Source of the DNA: Octopus sinensis
Taxonomy: Eukaryota
Direction: 5' to 3'
Length of the DNA: 64,000 nucleotides
Assembly: GCF_006345805.1 (NCBI RefSeq)
Contig: NC_042998.1
Coordinates: forward strand, 73,346,001 to 73,410,000
In this document: piece by piece, positions 27,315-42,317 of the stretch
Layout of the letters: each line of letters opens with the position of its first letter
Position numbering within the stretch: position 1 is the stretch's first letter
Position numbers and translations under genes: made by a program
Notes under the pieces: generated by a model
Database searches by the model: none
Seen by the model: the letters and a program-made list of their open reading frames with translations, nothing else
What the model was told of the DNA's origin: nothing

Positions 27315-27873
27315 CACACAAATATATCTATAAGTATGTATGCGTGTATGTTTGTATGTATGCATGAATGACGACCTACGCGTGTAAAAGGTGCAACACA
27401 TTTTAGATTGAAGTTTTGGTGTGTTTTCTACATAATATAAGAAGTAAACGTTAGTAAATGCTGATAAATAATAACGTCACATTATAGTATATATTGAATA
27501 ATTACACAAATTCATCTCAGATACACCATGCAAGGAAGCATTAACATCAAAACCCATCCTTACAAAGGTTCACGCTTACATATGAAAATAATTTGAAGAA
27601 AACTCACACAACTTGACAATTTATTGGCACTGAAATGATATAGAGATATTGATCTCTAGCGTAAACACTGTTATATTTGAGAACTGGCACGGTTTGAACA
27701 AACCGGCCTTTTTATTATTTTGTTTTATTTTTCGCTTTCTATTCGTGACCTTGCCAGCACCATTCTGGTTTGTTATCGATGGGAAATTAGTGAGTGTTCT
27801 TCCCTCTTTCTGATAACGATATCTTAATCGTTCTGATTGAAGTCCCCAGCCAAGATCCGCTCAGTTTTGGCAG

Positions 27874-27929
<56 letters not shown>

Positions 27930-28566
27930 AATTTATACATATATATATACACATACATGTGTGTCAGTATGTATGTGTGCGTGTGTCTGGGAGTATTTAG
28001 ATGTATATATCTATGTACACACATATTTATATATGTATATATATACATATACATATATATATATATATATTAGTTTTCTTTTCAAGTTGGGTTTCTTAAA
28101 TATTGCAAATTACATGGTCGCATGTGAAAATAGTAGGAAGTTGATAATTTATTCGTTTGTAGATACAGCTATAATCAACGTTTCGTGGTTTCTTTCTGGA
28201 ATCAAGTGACTCTTCTATAAGCGAATTGGGTATGTCTATATGATCACTCGACCTGACAGACAGCACAAAGTATCTCTCAAATCTCACATTACTCTCGGGA
28301 AAAAAGACAGGAGATATTTCCTATTGTAGAAAGGCCTTCTTCATGTACAGAAGCTATCCACATGCTAATCTGTGCATACAGTTTAGTTACTTGTAAATGC
28401 TCTTTTTACAGAATACATTCCGCATTTGTGAGGTCTTCTTTACACGATATCGGCACCCATCCGCCCGCTCGCGGTTGGGCTTGTAGGCAGGCAGGCAAGC
28501 ACGCTGGCAGGCACGCAAGCAGGCTGGCAGACAGACAGACAGACAAACAGAGAGACACTTAGACAT

Positions 28567-28629
<63 letters not shown>

Positions 28630-28630
<1 letters not shown>

Positions 28631-29060
28631 GTTTCTTTATTGGCCACACAGGGCTGCACACAGATGGGACAAGTTACAAGGTAGAGCTTTTCTTTTGGGG
28701 GATGAAAAAAACAAAAAACAAAGAAACAAAAAAAAGAAGAAAAAATAGGGGGTGGCGTAGGTTTTCGGTCAAGAGGGATCGTAAAAGGGAAGAAAAGAAC
28801 AAAAAAAAATAAATAAAAGAAAAAAGAAAAAAAAGAAGAAAAAAAAAGAAAAGGAAAAGGAACAAAAGAAAAGAGAAATGAAAAAGAAGAAAAAAAAAGG
28901 GGAAAAAAGGGGAAGAGGAAAAAAAAACGATCAATAGGGATCGTGTATCACAGTGTTATGATATATGGTGTAAAGGGGAAAGCAAGTAAGGTTTATCCGT
29001 GGGAAGAAAAGCCTACGAAAAGTACCACGGTAACCTTGGTCAATATTGTTATATGTTACC
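28630..29060 (-). mobile_element. 3' end of a non-LTR retrotransposon (clade unresolved) embedded in (GATA)n
   Basis: The minus strand has a long pyrimidine-rich UTR-like stretch ending in AATAAA (28636-28641), followed almost immediately by (TCTA)n. (GATA)n tracts flank it on both sides (28565-28630 and 29108-29210). Confidence 0.55.
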
Positions 29061-29107
29061 AGATTTGTTTGCAAGTGGGTAACCCTCTGTTTTCAATTTC
29101 TGGGTTC

Positions 29108-29208
<101 letters not shown>

Positions 29209-31108
29209 CAGACAGACACACACACAGACAGAAGCTATTGCTTTTATAATGGAGAGACATATATTGATTAAATATATACTGAATGTGCATACATGTAAAT
29301 ATATAGGCATATTTAAATAGGTTCATATAAGCACTCATAAATACATACACTCATACTTTATAATTTAGATTTTCTATAAATGCATCTGTAATTTGACCTG
29401 ATCACTTAATTGTATAGAGTTAGAAAGAGAAATTCTCAGCATGTTTTCAAATCTAATGAGTTTCTAAGTTATTGCTTCGAACTACTTTGATTCCACGTAC
29501 TAGTAATTTAATAAAACAATTGTACACTTCAGTAGACAATTACCAACCACACGGCAATCAGCGAATAAAATGAATTATTACTCTTGTATTGTTAATATCC
29601 TTTCTTACTTAAGATAGCTGAAAGCCACTGTTTAATGTATTTTAGTCACAAATCTAGATAGTGATATAGTCCTTCATTTTGTACAATCATTCGTTACATG
29701 GCTGAACAAAATGGCGGACAGACGCGAATTTTGTTCTCGTCTCCTTTGCCATATTTAATAGCGTCGAAGTTGGATCTATATTACATCTCTCCTGTCATTT
29801 ATACCATGTTGTCTATCCGACTGTTAACATTGTTCTATCCGATTCCAGGATGTCTGATATTTCCTTTCTACTTCCTTTATCCTTACATGCAAATATTGTT
29901 GAGAATAAATCTCAGATTTTATTGGATAAAATATTTAATTATATAAACCATTGGCTGTTTCAGATTAATGTCTTCCATATTATTTGCCGGTCGACTTCAA
30001 TTTCAGAAGATATATGAGATTCATTTTCCATTCTCTTCCGTGATCATCTCAGCCTTACCTCCTCCCTTCCAGTTCTTATCAAATCACTAAATGTATTTCA
30101 TTTTGCTTATAGTGTTTCATAAAAATACATTATTCTCCATAATTTAAGCTATCACACCTCCTATTTTCTTCTATGTTGCCACGCAGACAATGTCTGCATT
30201 TTATTATTAGTTGTACAGGAACTTATACAAGCCATCGCAACTCTACGAGTTTCTGACATTTAATCGGTAAGGTAGTAGCAATTTATTTCTAAATAAATAA
30301 AAAAAACACCATGCATAACATGGAGATACAGATAGAAATTGACAGACGTAGCGACAGCATTATAGACAGAAGAGAAATGGCAGTAGAGATATAGGTTGAG
30401 GAGGAAGAAAAGAAAGAAGTACTAGAAATAGAAGTACAAATAGATGGACATATATATATAGTGAAGTGTACTTGATACTGGAAAACCAAACGAGTAATGA
30501 ATGGTTCGGGTCCTATATCGGCATTTTAATATGTCTGTAGCCCAGACATTTATAACTAACCAACTTCTCGTTGAAATTTTATGCAACAACATGGGAACAA
30601 TCCCCTGATATCTGCTCCAGCAACATTTGAAAGTTGAGAAATGATAGGTTTATTAGACTCAGCTTTTTCGTAAACATACTCTGCAAAAGTTCGATAGTAT
30701 ATATCTAGCTTATATCTATTAGTAAATTAGTCTTCAATTTGCTTTTAAAACACAATAGCTGAAGGGAAATTCTCATAGATTACTTGGCGTCATAAGTTAC
30801 ACATTAGTTCGGTTTTTCAGAATAGTTTTCACTTATTGCGTATTTGCATAAAAAACAAATTAATATCACTTTTATGAGAATGAATCCGATTATTGGAAAG
30901 GTCTAACTTTCTTCTTAAAAACTACAAAAGAGCTCTGCTTCTAAAAACTATTAGCTATTTACAAAGTTCAAATGAAACGCACAATGGAAGATTGTTACAT
31001 CTGCTATTGCTATTACAGGTACACATATTTAAGCCCAAAAGCAACAACGCCTACACAACTAATTGGTATGTACGATGACTCCACATCTCAAACTAAACAG
31101 TTGTCCAT

Positions 31109-31118
31109 GTGTTTCCTT

Positions 31119-31191
<73 letters not shown>

Positions 31192-31275
31192 TCTACTGCT
31201 GCTGCTGCTTCTGCTGCTGTCTCTGCTGCTGCTTCTGCTGCTGTCTCTGCTGCTGCTGCTGATGATGATGATGAT
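31109..31275. repeat. Compound (TAC)n-(TGC)n-(GAT)n microsatellite
   Basis: Read directly from the sequence. Confidence 0.95.
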
Positions 31276-31793
31276 GGAGCGCCAGGTAGTGGCTCATATG
31301 CATTCTGATCTTAACTAATTGGAAGTGAATACATGCACATATTTTGTCTTAGTCTAACAAATGGGCTAGAGCTAATATTCTGCACAATACCGCAGATTTC
31401 TTTGTCAGTTGCTTGACATTAACCAGTAGAGCATTCGATGTATGGCTGTTGATGTATGCATCTCTGAACACGAGCAAGAGTAGGAGTACTGAGGGACGAT
31501 GTGTTGAGAGAAATCCTTTGAAGTTTGAATGAAAACTTGGGTATTTCATTCATCATCCTTATTCAGGGACCTGTATTCAGGGACCTTTTGAGCAGGCTGG
31601 ACTACTCGACCTGAAGAAATTTCTGAGCCTCACCTGCAAGGTCATACAGAGTTTCTCTTGATATGAGACTACCATAACCGCACATATAGCTGTGATGCAT
31701 GTTCTTCTGTCCCGTTATCAGATGAGTAGTCATGATAAGTATATTGGGCTTCGCATATTTGTGCCCCAGCGTCAACTTGATGCTCGCTCCCTC
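31276..31793 (+). mobile_element. ~550-bp (AAT)n-tailed non-coding element, copy A (diverged)
   Basis: Colinear with copies B (31867-32423), C (59195-59751) and D (53953-54070). It ends CTCCCTC directly before (AAT)n. Confidence 0.8.
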
Positions 31794-31849
<56 letters not shown>

Positions 31850-31866
31850 TGATGATGATGATGATG

Positions 31867-32423
31867 AATGCCCTGATGCACTATCAGGCAGTGGCTCTCG
31901 TGACTTCTTATCTTAACTGATTGGAAGTGTTATCATGTACATTGTTTTGTCTTGGTATAAAAGATGGGCTACCGCAAATATTCTGCTCAATACCACAGAT
32001 TTGCAGGCCAGTTGTTTGAACTCAACCAGTTGAGCATGTCCCTTAGTGGCTGATGATATGTGCATCTCTGATCACGAGCAGAAGTAGTGGGGGAGCATCA
32101 TAGCTCTGTGTTGGGAGGAATTCTTTGGGGTTTGAATAATTCACCTCTGGAAACATGGGTGTTTCGTTTAACATCCTTAAACAATGCTTATTCGGGGATC
32201 TTTTGAGCAGGATGGGTTACTTGACTAGAAGAAAACTCTAACTGGGCCCCACCTGCAAGTTTATGTGCTGGTTATCTTGATATGAGACCACCATGTCGTG
32301 CACATATGGTTGTGATGCATGTGCCTAGTTTACTCTTATCTGACGGGTAGTCATGATGAATATACTGGGCTTCGTATATTTTACCCTAGTGTCACTTCGA
32401 TGGTATGCACTGCTCTCTCACTC
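31867..32423 (+). mobile_element. ~550-bp (AAT)n-tailed non-coding element, copy B
   Basis: Starts AATGCCCTGATGCACTATCAGGCAGTGGCTCTC and ends GCACTGCTCTCTCACTC before (AAT)n. It is the reverse complement match of 59195-59751. Confidence 0.85.
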
Positions 32424-32501
<78 letters not shown>

Positions 32502-32754
32502 TATTTTGAGCACAGAAATCGATCGTACGTTAAGCTCCTAAAACCTTTTGCGACAGCTATCCAATTGGGACTTCGAAGGATAGTCCACAATGCCGATTCT
32601 GAGCCACACTATACAATGCAGGACGGAGAAAATATGAGCGATATTTTATGTTTGTTAACTACATGTGTTTCAGTGGGTTAATTTTCAAAGGTGGAGCAGA
32701 TCGACAAAAATGAACTGGTAATAGATGCACAAACGACGCTTAGTAAAGAGTCAC

Positions 32755-32810
<56 letters not shown>

Positions 32811-32844
32811 TAAACACACACACACACACACATACACACACTTA

Positions 32845-33140
32845 CGCTCACTGGCGTCCTGTAGTGTTACAATTGATCCAATCAAGGGACCAGCCACCTG
32901 CAATGAACGTGCAAATGGCTGAGCACTCCACAGACGTGTGTAACCTGAACGGTATTCTTAAAGGGTTTCAGCGTAAGGCAGAGTGTGACGAGGCTGTCCA
33001 TTTCAATTACAGGGACATGTGATTTTTGCCTTGCTGAGTAAACTGGAGTAACGTTAAATTATAGTGTATTGCTCAAGAACACAACGTACCACCGGGAATC
33101 GAACTCACGAGCTTGCCTGTAAATCACGCACCTTCACCAC
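32845..33140 (-). mobile_element. tRNA-derived SINE, family D (shares head and CORE-like part with family C, different 3' body)
   Basis: Minus strand GTGAGTTCGATTCCCGG (B box)...GTTGTGTTCTTGAGCAATACACT...CTCCAGTTTACTCAGC, as in 11630-11720, followed by a distinct TGGAGTGCTCAGCCATTTGCACGTT body. Confidence 0.7.
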
Positions 33141-33291
33141 ACACGAACAAGAGCAGACGTACACACATGTATGTATGAGTGTGAGAGAGAGAGAGACAGA
33201 CAGTCAGACAAACAGACAGTCACACAGAAATTTATAGATATATGTCTGTATGCATGTGTTGAAACTGGGTTTTTTTTATAAGCTGGCATTG

Positions 33292-33349
<58 letters not shown>

Positions 33350-33725
33350 TTTGTTACCAATTCTTTCCATCAGTAAAGCTGTTTATTTACCTAAGATGCC
33401 TAAGGAGGATTTCCAACTCATATTAACTGAGCATTAATCAATGTAGTGAAGTGAATTATAAACTTTTATTCATCTGCATTTCTCTTGTAGTGAAGCGTGA
33501 CCAACTCGGCACGTGTATGTGTCATCTATTTGTAAAAGAAATATATCGATGGTGAAAATCGGTAGATAATGGTTTCCATTCCTCACGTGATGCCAGCGTA
33601 TTCCCGTCGCTGTGTCTCCACATTCTAATGGTCGTAAATATGACGGTAAGTATGTTGCCTGTTGTTTGCCAAGACAATGCCATTCACAGGAAATTTATTT
33701 TATTTTATCTGTATTTTTTAAAACT

Positions 33726-34078
33726 TTTTTCAGTCATTTGACTTCGGCTATTAAGGGATACCACTTTGAATGGCTCTAGTTCAACAAATTGATCCCAAAG
33801 TTTTCTTTTTAATTAATCTGGTAGTCATTCAATTGGCCTCTTTTCCAGATCCACCAGTTTACGATGATATAAACTAACCAGCACCGGTTGTTAAACACAC
33901 AAAATGACACATATATATGACGGGCTTCCACACAGTTTCTATCTGCCGAATTCACTTACAAAGCATTGGTCGGCCCGGGACCATAATAGAGGACACTTTC
34001 CTCAGGTGCCATGCAGTGGGACTGAATCAGAAGCAACGCGGTTGCAAAACAGCTTTCTTAACCACACAGTCATGTCTA
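33726..34078 (-). mobile_element. SINE family A
   Basis: TTTCAGTCATTTGACT...GACGGGCTTCCACACAGTTTC...AAGCATTGGTCGGCCCGGG...CATGCAGTGGGACTGAA...TTAACCACACAGTCATG. Confidence 0.8.
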
Positions 34079-34856
34079 TTGGATAGTATTTCAGCTTCTT
34101 TCTAACTAGTAGCTTACACTATAGAAAATCTATGAGACGATGTAACGATTCTGACCAATGTATTACGAAAAAGCAGCTTATATTCTTTGGTCAATTATTC
34201 CAGGTCACTGGCTATTTCTACAGAAAATAATTCCAGATAGACTTATCACAATAATAATATCCCATAATAATAATATCCCATACGTTTAATCTTCATCTTA
34301 TTTCTATTCAATATATCACAATATATCAGACAATTTGTTCCAAACAGTAAAACATATTGCGACTTCCGAATTAAAAGAACTGTTACCACTGCAAAAAAGA
34401 AACAGAAATCATTCGTCATCTTATAATATTTACTATTATCATTTGTGTTAATAATATATCCATTATTAATCGTTAATCATCTGTAGTAATGTTAATGATA
34501 ACATTTAGTATTGACTCCCGTTTATAGCTGAAGATGTTATATATACAAATAATATAATGAGATAGACGAAAAGTAATTACACCTTCATCAGACCGCATTA
34601 CCACCACTGCCGCCAAAGACGTAGAACATAATACACTACGAGGTGGTTTCAGCCTGATTACCGGACCAACTGTAAATGGCCGCTAAAATCTCTCAATCAA
34701 ACCCTACTAGCATGAAAAAAATGGACCCCCAGAACAAAGTGGTGTTCAGATAACTGCACATATGAAAAATGTGTTGGTCACAATTGAAATAATTTTTAAA
34801 TAGATGTTCGCTCGATTCGACAAGGCTAAACGACAACAAGAGACATTGATCACAAA

Positions 34857-35072
34857 TACGTGGTGGGGAGTTAAAAGTTCCTGGTTTTAAGGGTATCAGG
34901 GAAGGCTTGAGTGGAGGCCCAACATTTCAAGTTCTTTTACAAGGCTTAGAATAACTGAAGGACCGCTTTAATACGTGAATCTGAAAGGGGAATGTGTTGA
35001 ATAAAATCATAATTAACTGATCCTCTTGTATTTTCTTTCATTCAAAACCAGGAACTTTTCATCACCTACATG
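34857..35072 (+). mobile_element. mariner-derived MITE (~215 bp)
   Basis: An exact 16-bp inverted repeat AAAAGTTCCTGGTTTT / AAAACCAGGAACTTTT (35044-35059), TA-C-G start, and an internal CTGAAAGGGGAATGTGTTGAATAA that resembles a mariner ...LKGEYVE* terminus. Confidence 0.75.
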
Positions 35073-35554
35073 AAAAAAAATTTCAATTACACACATCCCC
35101 ATTGAATATTTGGTGGAGAACTAATCCAACATGGATATATCATAACTTCAATCAGCATCAGTAAGAAATAAAGTGAGAGGATCGTATTAACAGCCGCATA
35201 CATCTACATTGCTGCTATCTCCAGTCTCATTGTTCACTTTTATCATTAAATTCTTATCATTAAATTCAATCTTAATTAAATTCAATTCTTATCATTAATT
35301 TTTTTATTAAATTCAAAGAGCCTATATTGAAAAAAATGTGAGCAGATTAGCCATTGAGGAGACCAATAATAGACTACAACTAGGGACAATGCCTACCCTT
35401 TTTCTATCCATGAAAGTATCATATACACATACGAGCTAGTTGTACCTGTCCAGACAGAGAAATGTCTAAAGATCTTGTGATAAATTCTGTGACATTCAAG
35501 CAATATATACATAGATAGATGGGTAGATAAATTGATATAGCTAGCTAGCTAGAC

Positions 35555-35665
<111 letters not shown>

Positions 35666-36355
35666 TATGCACACATATGATATATGTGTATATATATAAA
35701 ATCTTAAATTTTATTTTTATACAATATAACAATAATGTTTATAAACAATCACTCATAGTGCCATAAAATTAAATTTCCTCTGTATTAAGATCTTAGGTTT
35801 CTTATCCTCTTGCCCCTTTAACTGGTAATTAACATCATGATTTAAAGTCCTCCGCTACTGGGCCCCTTTTTATAGACAGTTATTTATATCCAATTGAATA
35901 GTCCTAATGTCTTCTTTCCTTACTGAGGAAGAGGGATACATATGATAATATTTATGATCATACCTAGCCATGAGCTGTCAACTCACTCTTATCCTTTACT
36001 GAAAATAGATACAGTTTTCTAGTCTTAGATTTAGAGATTTAGTAGTTGATAAAGAGATAAAGGAATTAGAAATACATTACAATCCCTTACAACACTATTA
36101 CTCAATATGATTCATGCGATTATTCGAAATGTAGTCTATTCTTCGCTATAAGATTAACTTCTCTCATCTTTTTGCTCAGTTAAAATACTTGAGAAAAATT
36201 GCTTTAATGTGCCATACTGGTTAAAAATCTACGTATTTGTTTGTGCAGCTGATGATAGCCCTGCATTTAAATTGATGTTTTGATTGCATTTTTCAAATAA
36301 ATGAAGGTGCTTGAAACGGTCGTACTGTATCACTATTTGATATACTGTTGCTTAT

Positions 36356-36399
<44 letters not shown>

Positions 36400-36401
<2 letters not shown>

Positions 36402-36703
36402 GATACTGCAACAGCTTGGGTTTCAGAGGACCACAGCTCTTTAACATCCTCCCTAAATGCCTGAGAGACTTACATGGTGTGGATGTGGGTTTCTTTAAAA
36501 CTAAACTGGATCTCTTCTTGTTGGGAGTCCCAGATGAGCCTACCTCACGACAGGAGACGCGGATGCGGGCAGCAGCATCGAACTCCCTTGTTGATCAAGT
36601 GCCACGTATCAGAGTTGGATTCACAAATTAGTGTAGCTCATTCAGCGGTGGTGCCCCAGGATGGCCGCGGCCTTCGGGCTAAAACATTTTTAAGGATTTA
36701 AGG

Positions 36704-36705
<2 letters not shown>
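36400..36705 (+). mobile_element. CR1-type LINE 3' end (5'-truncated)
   Basis: RYCNSLGFRGPQLFNILPKCLRDLHGVDVGFFKTKLDLFLLGVPDEP...SNSLVDQV...* resembles CR1/L2-group C-termini. The 3' UTR ends with short (TTTAAGGA) repeats and then (TA)n. Confidence 0.8.
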
Positions 36706-36771
<66 letters not shown>

Positions 36772-37299
36772 ACATACATATACATATATGCATATATATG
36801 TATATTTGTATATTTATATATGTGTAGATAGATATATGTATGTATATATATATATATAATATATGTATGTATGCATGCAATATAGATATATGTGTATATT
36901 TATATCTTAGCGACGATGACATGTTTATCCTTGTGAATCATTTCTTAGTCTGTATCTAGTGAACAATGTCTGCATTTTCATACATATGCGTGTATAAGCT
37001 TGTGAGGTGAAGGTAGGGACATAGTGAAAAAGACAAAGTGAGCGAAAAAAAAGAAGTAAGAGTGAGAGAGAGAGTGAGAGAGGTGGTAGGTAGATAAGAT
37101 TGTGAACATATGTAAGCGTATGTATACGTAGTTGAAGGTATCACATGCTACGTCTGCTAACATTATGGAACCTAATACCTGCTTATCTAGGCTAAATTTT
37201 GTCTTAGCAGTTGACACAAACATCTGCAACGAAACACATACAAAACGTTGCTTCCATATATATGTATATATATATATGTGTGTGTGTGTGTGCAAGTAC

Positions 37300-37347
<48 letters not shown>

Positions 37348-37408
37348 ATATATGTATATATATACATACATAAATATATTCTAACTGACATACACACACA
37401 CATATCTA

Positions 37409-37459
<51 letters not shown>

Positions 37460-37460
<1 letters not shown>

Positions 37461-37720
37461 GTAGGTCCCGGGTTGATTCGGGGTTAACCACAGTAAATAA
37501 GGTACTCAATGCATAGCAGAGTAAAATTAATTTATTATATAGAAGGAGCTTCTACAGGACTAGAACTGTTTCATTCAAGAGAAATCTTCAGGAAGCTAGT
37601 TAACAAGAATTGTATTGGCATTTATACATTTAGGCAGGTTTAAAGGGGTTTGGTGGGGGACTTTTGGGGGTAGGCATAGCGCAAAATATCATACTTGGGG
37701 GAGTGGTCAAGGAGTCAGTG
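37460..37720 (-). mobile_element. Solo pLTR-like short element containing a hammerhead motif
   Basis: A non-coding island between microsatellites. On the minus strand the hammerhead motif (37547-37597) is followed by AATAAA about 10 nt downstream. Confidence 0.55.
37547..37597 (-). ncRNA. Candidate type I hammerhead ribozyme (best-formed in the window)
   Basis: AGCUUC-CUGAAGA-UUUC(UCUU)GAAU-GAAA-CAG(UUCUAGUC)CUG-UA-GAAGCU: 6-bp helix I, canonical CUGANGA/GAAA core, 3-bp helix III and a GUA triplet. Helix II has 3 bp plus a U-U at its base. Confidence 0.7.
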
Positions 37721-37809
37721 TTAAATTAGATAGAAGAATAAATAAAAAAATTAAAAAATATATAAAAAAAAGGGAATAGAGTTTTAGGTAAATAAGGAGA
37801 TTCTCACTT

Positions 37810-39560
<1,751 letters not shown>

Positions 39561-40168
39561 GTTTTCAACAAAACACGTCTTAGCGAAGCATTATACGCTG
39601 TAAGTGCTCAAACATTAATTGAAAGATAACGGATTTGACCTAATCATAGAATGTTTAGGAAATACACCCTACAAAGAGGCCAAGTCAATTTTTATCTCAT
39701 CATACTCCCACAATTATAGACAAACACACCCGCGCATATATACTATACATGCATCCATATAAATATGCGCATTTATATTTATATACATATACATATATAT
39801 ATATATATTCCTATGTAAGTATATATGCATGTGTATATACATGTATGCATGTATGTATGTATGTATGTATGTATGTATGTATGTATGTATGTATGTATGT
39901 ATGTATGTATGTATGTATGTATGTATTCATGTATGCATATGCATACATTGCTTACCGAAAGATAGGCAACGAGAGTTAGAGAGGGATAGAGAGGCGGGAA
40001 TAATGCGGACACTTTACAAGGTGCTCTCTACGTGGTTTTTTTTTTTTTTGCTTTCTAAAAAACAAACTATACCTGAAGCGAACTACCAAACGCCTTTACG
40101 CGCACACACACACATACACAAACGGAGAGACAGACAGACAGACAGACTGACAGACAGACAGATAGATT

Positions 40169-40236
<68 letters not shown>

Positions 40237-40414
40237 GAGATTATATGCGTGTATGTATGTATGTATGTATGTATATATGCATATTTAAACGCTTATCTGT
40301 GTGTGTATATATATATATATATATCTTCATACATATACATATACATATGTAGATATATGCATGTTATATATATATATATATATATATACATTCATACACA
40401 CACACACACACATA

Positions 40415-40456
<42 letters not shown>

Positions 40457-41723
40457 CGTTTGTGTATGTGTGTATATGTCCATATCGATAAGTGTTTATA
40501 TGTCTGTATGTATATAATATGCAGTGATTCACAGTATCGTTAGCGCGTTGGATATAATTCTGAATGGTGTTTGCTCCATTGTTTGTCTTCAGATTTCAAA
40601 TCCTGCTGATTTCAAATTCGCCTGTCGTACTTTCTGAACCATTTGAAAAATGCGTACCAATCTAGATCGATATATCGGCAGAACGGCGGACCAGATCATA
40701 TTGCAGTTATTGTTCCGGGTTTTTCATCTCTCATTCCAAAGCATGTCGCGCCCCACTTTTGAAAGCCATATTCGAGCATTTTGGTATGCTTTAACAGAGA
40801 CCAACGTCGCAAGTATTCACACTTGGTCTCTGGAAACCCAGTAAAGTGTTATCAGCACTATCTTACACACACACACTGATTATATATATGCATCAACTGA
40901 AAAGCAGGATGTTTCTTACTGTTCAAACTGCATGTCCCTTTTAGAATGATCTACAACGTTATTACCTAATCCGTAGCTTATTAACTGTGCGTAACATAGA
41001 AAATTTAAATCGGCAACATGTAATTCTTTTTTATATAAAAGTCATCAAGAAAGACCTAAACGACGGTTGAGGAAACAGTATATCTGGTCAATATCGATCC
41101 TAATATGAAAAAAAATTGGATTGATGATGTTTTGAAATGATTTTATATGAGTTCTAATGAAATTCTTTGTAACGAGTTACAGTATAAATTTTAGACCTGC
41201 TTTGATGACGGGTGATATACAAGGATATATTTATACATGTGTGCCTGTACATACAGTTACACACACGCATGCACACATAAGTATATATATATATACTCAG
41301 GTATTATCTATTTTGCAGTGAGTTGCAGCTACTCCCGTGTCACATTTTTGTCAACAATGCAATAAAGCAATTGCTGTTTCTATGGAAACTTGTGGAATCT
41401 GACGTTATTGTTCAGCTGTTGTTATATTGAACAAAATAAATGAGTAAATATCTTACATGATTTTAATGGAGCTAAATATTCATTGCTATAAGCTTTAAAA
41501 CTGGATGTGAGCTTTGTCCTTTGAGTATACTGGACATGTTGTTCCAGAAAGCTCAGGACAATTTCGAAATTAAGCTGGCAAGAACATGTTCCCATATGAA
41601 ACAGTTTAATATTATTTCGTGTAATCTTATAATTATATTTTTGAATTCCCTATTCTGAAAACATGATGAACCTTTTATAAACACTGATTGAATGATTCCA
41701 TTATAGTTCAGCTTCCCACCGCC

Positions 41724-41731
41724 ACTTTTGC

Positions 41732-41808
<77 letters not shown>
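41724..41808. repeat. (CT)n microsatellite
   Basis: Read directly from the sequence. Confidence 0.98.
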
Positions 41809-41811
<3 letters not shown>

Positions 41812-42077
41812 TCTGACAGTGTCTGTAGTTGCAGTGTTGATAGTCACAAACGTATACTCCTTTACATAAAACAGAAGCAGTAGCTGCCTTATATAATCAG
41901 ACTAGGTAAGAGTTAGATATCCTCAGTGTAGAAAATCGTACTAGTGCTCAAATTTATTTGAATTCCAGCTCCGAATTCTTCTTCCAGGGCAAGGACTACG
42001 GTGTTAAGAGTCGCTACAAAAGAACTCCAGAACGAGGTATTATGGAGCTAGTGATGCACGTCAACATAATTAGTACT

Positions 42078-42146
<69 letters not shown>

Positions 42147-42155
42147 AGTGTATAC

Positions 42156-42219
<64 letters not shown>

Positions 42220-42317
42220 TATTTATATAAATATACATATTTATAAATAGTGAGGGATTACTCCAGGCATTCCCGGTTTGCTCTCTGTTAGGTATCCAAA
42301 GTAGGTTATTAAATATA

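Noticed and set aside
31794-32500. CRISPR-like or regularly spaced repeat-spacer array
   Set aside because: The repeats are microsatellites and dispersed TEs with no constant repeat and spacer lengths; the context is eukaryotic and there are no cas genes.
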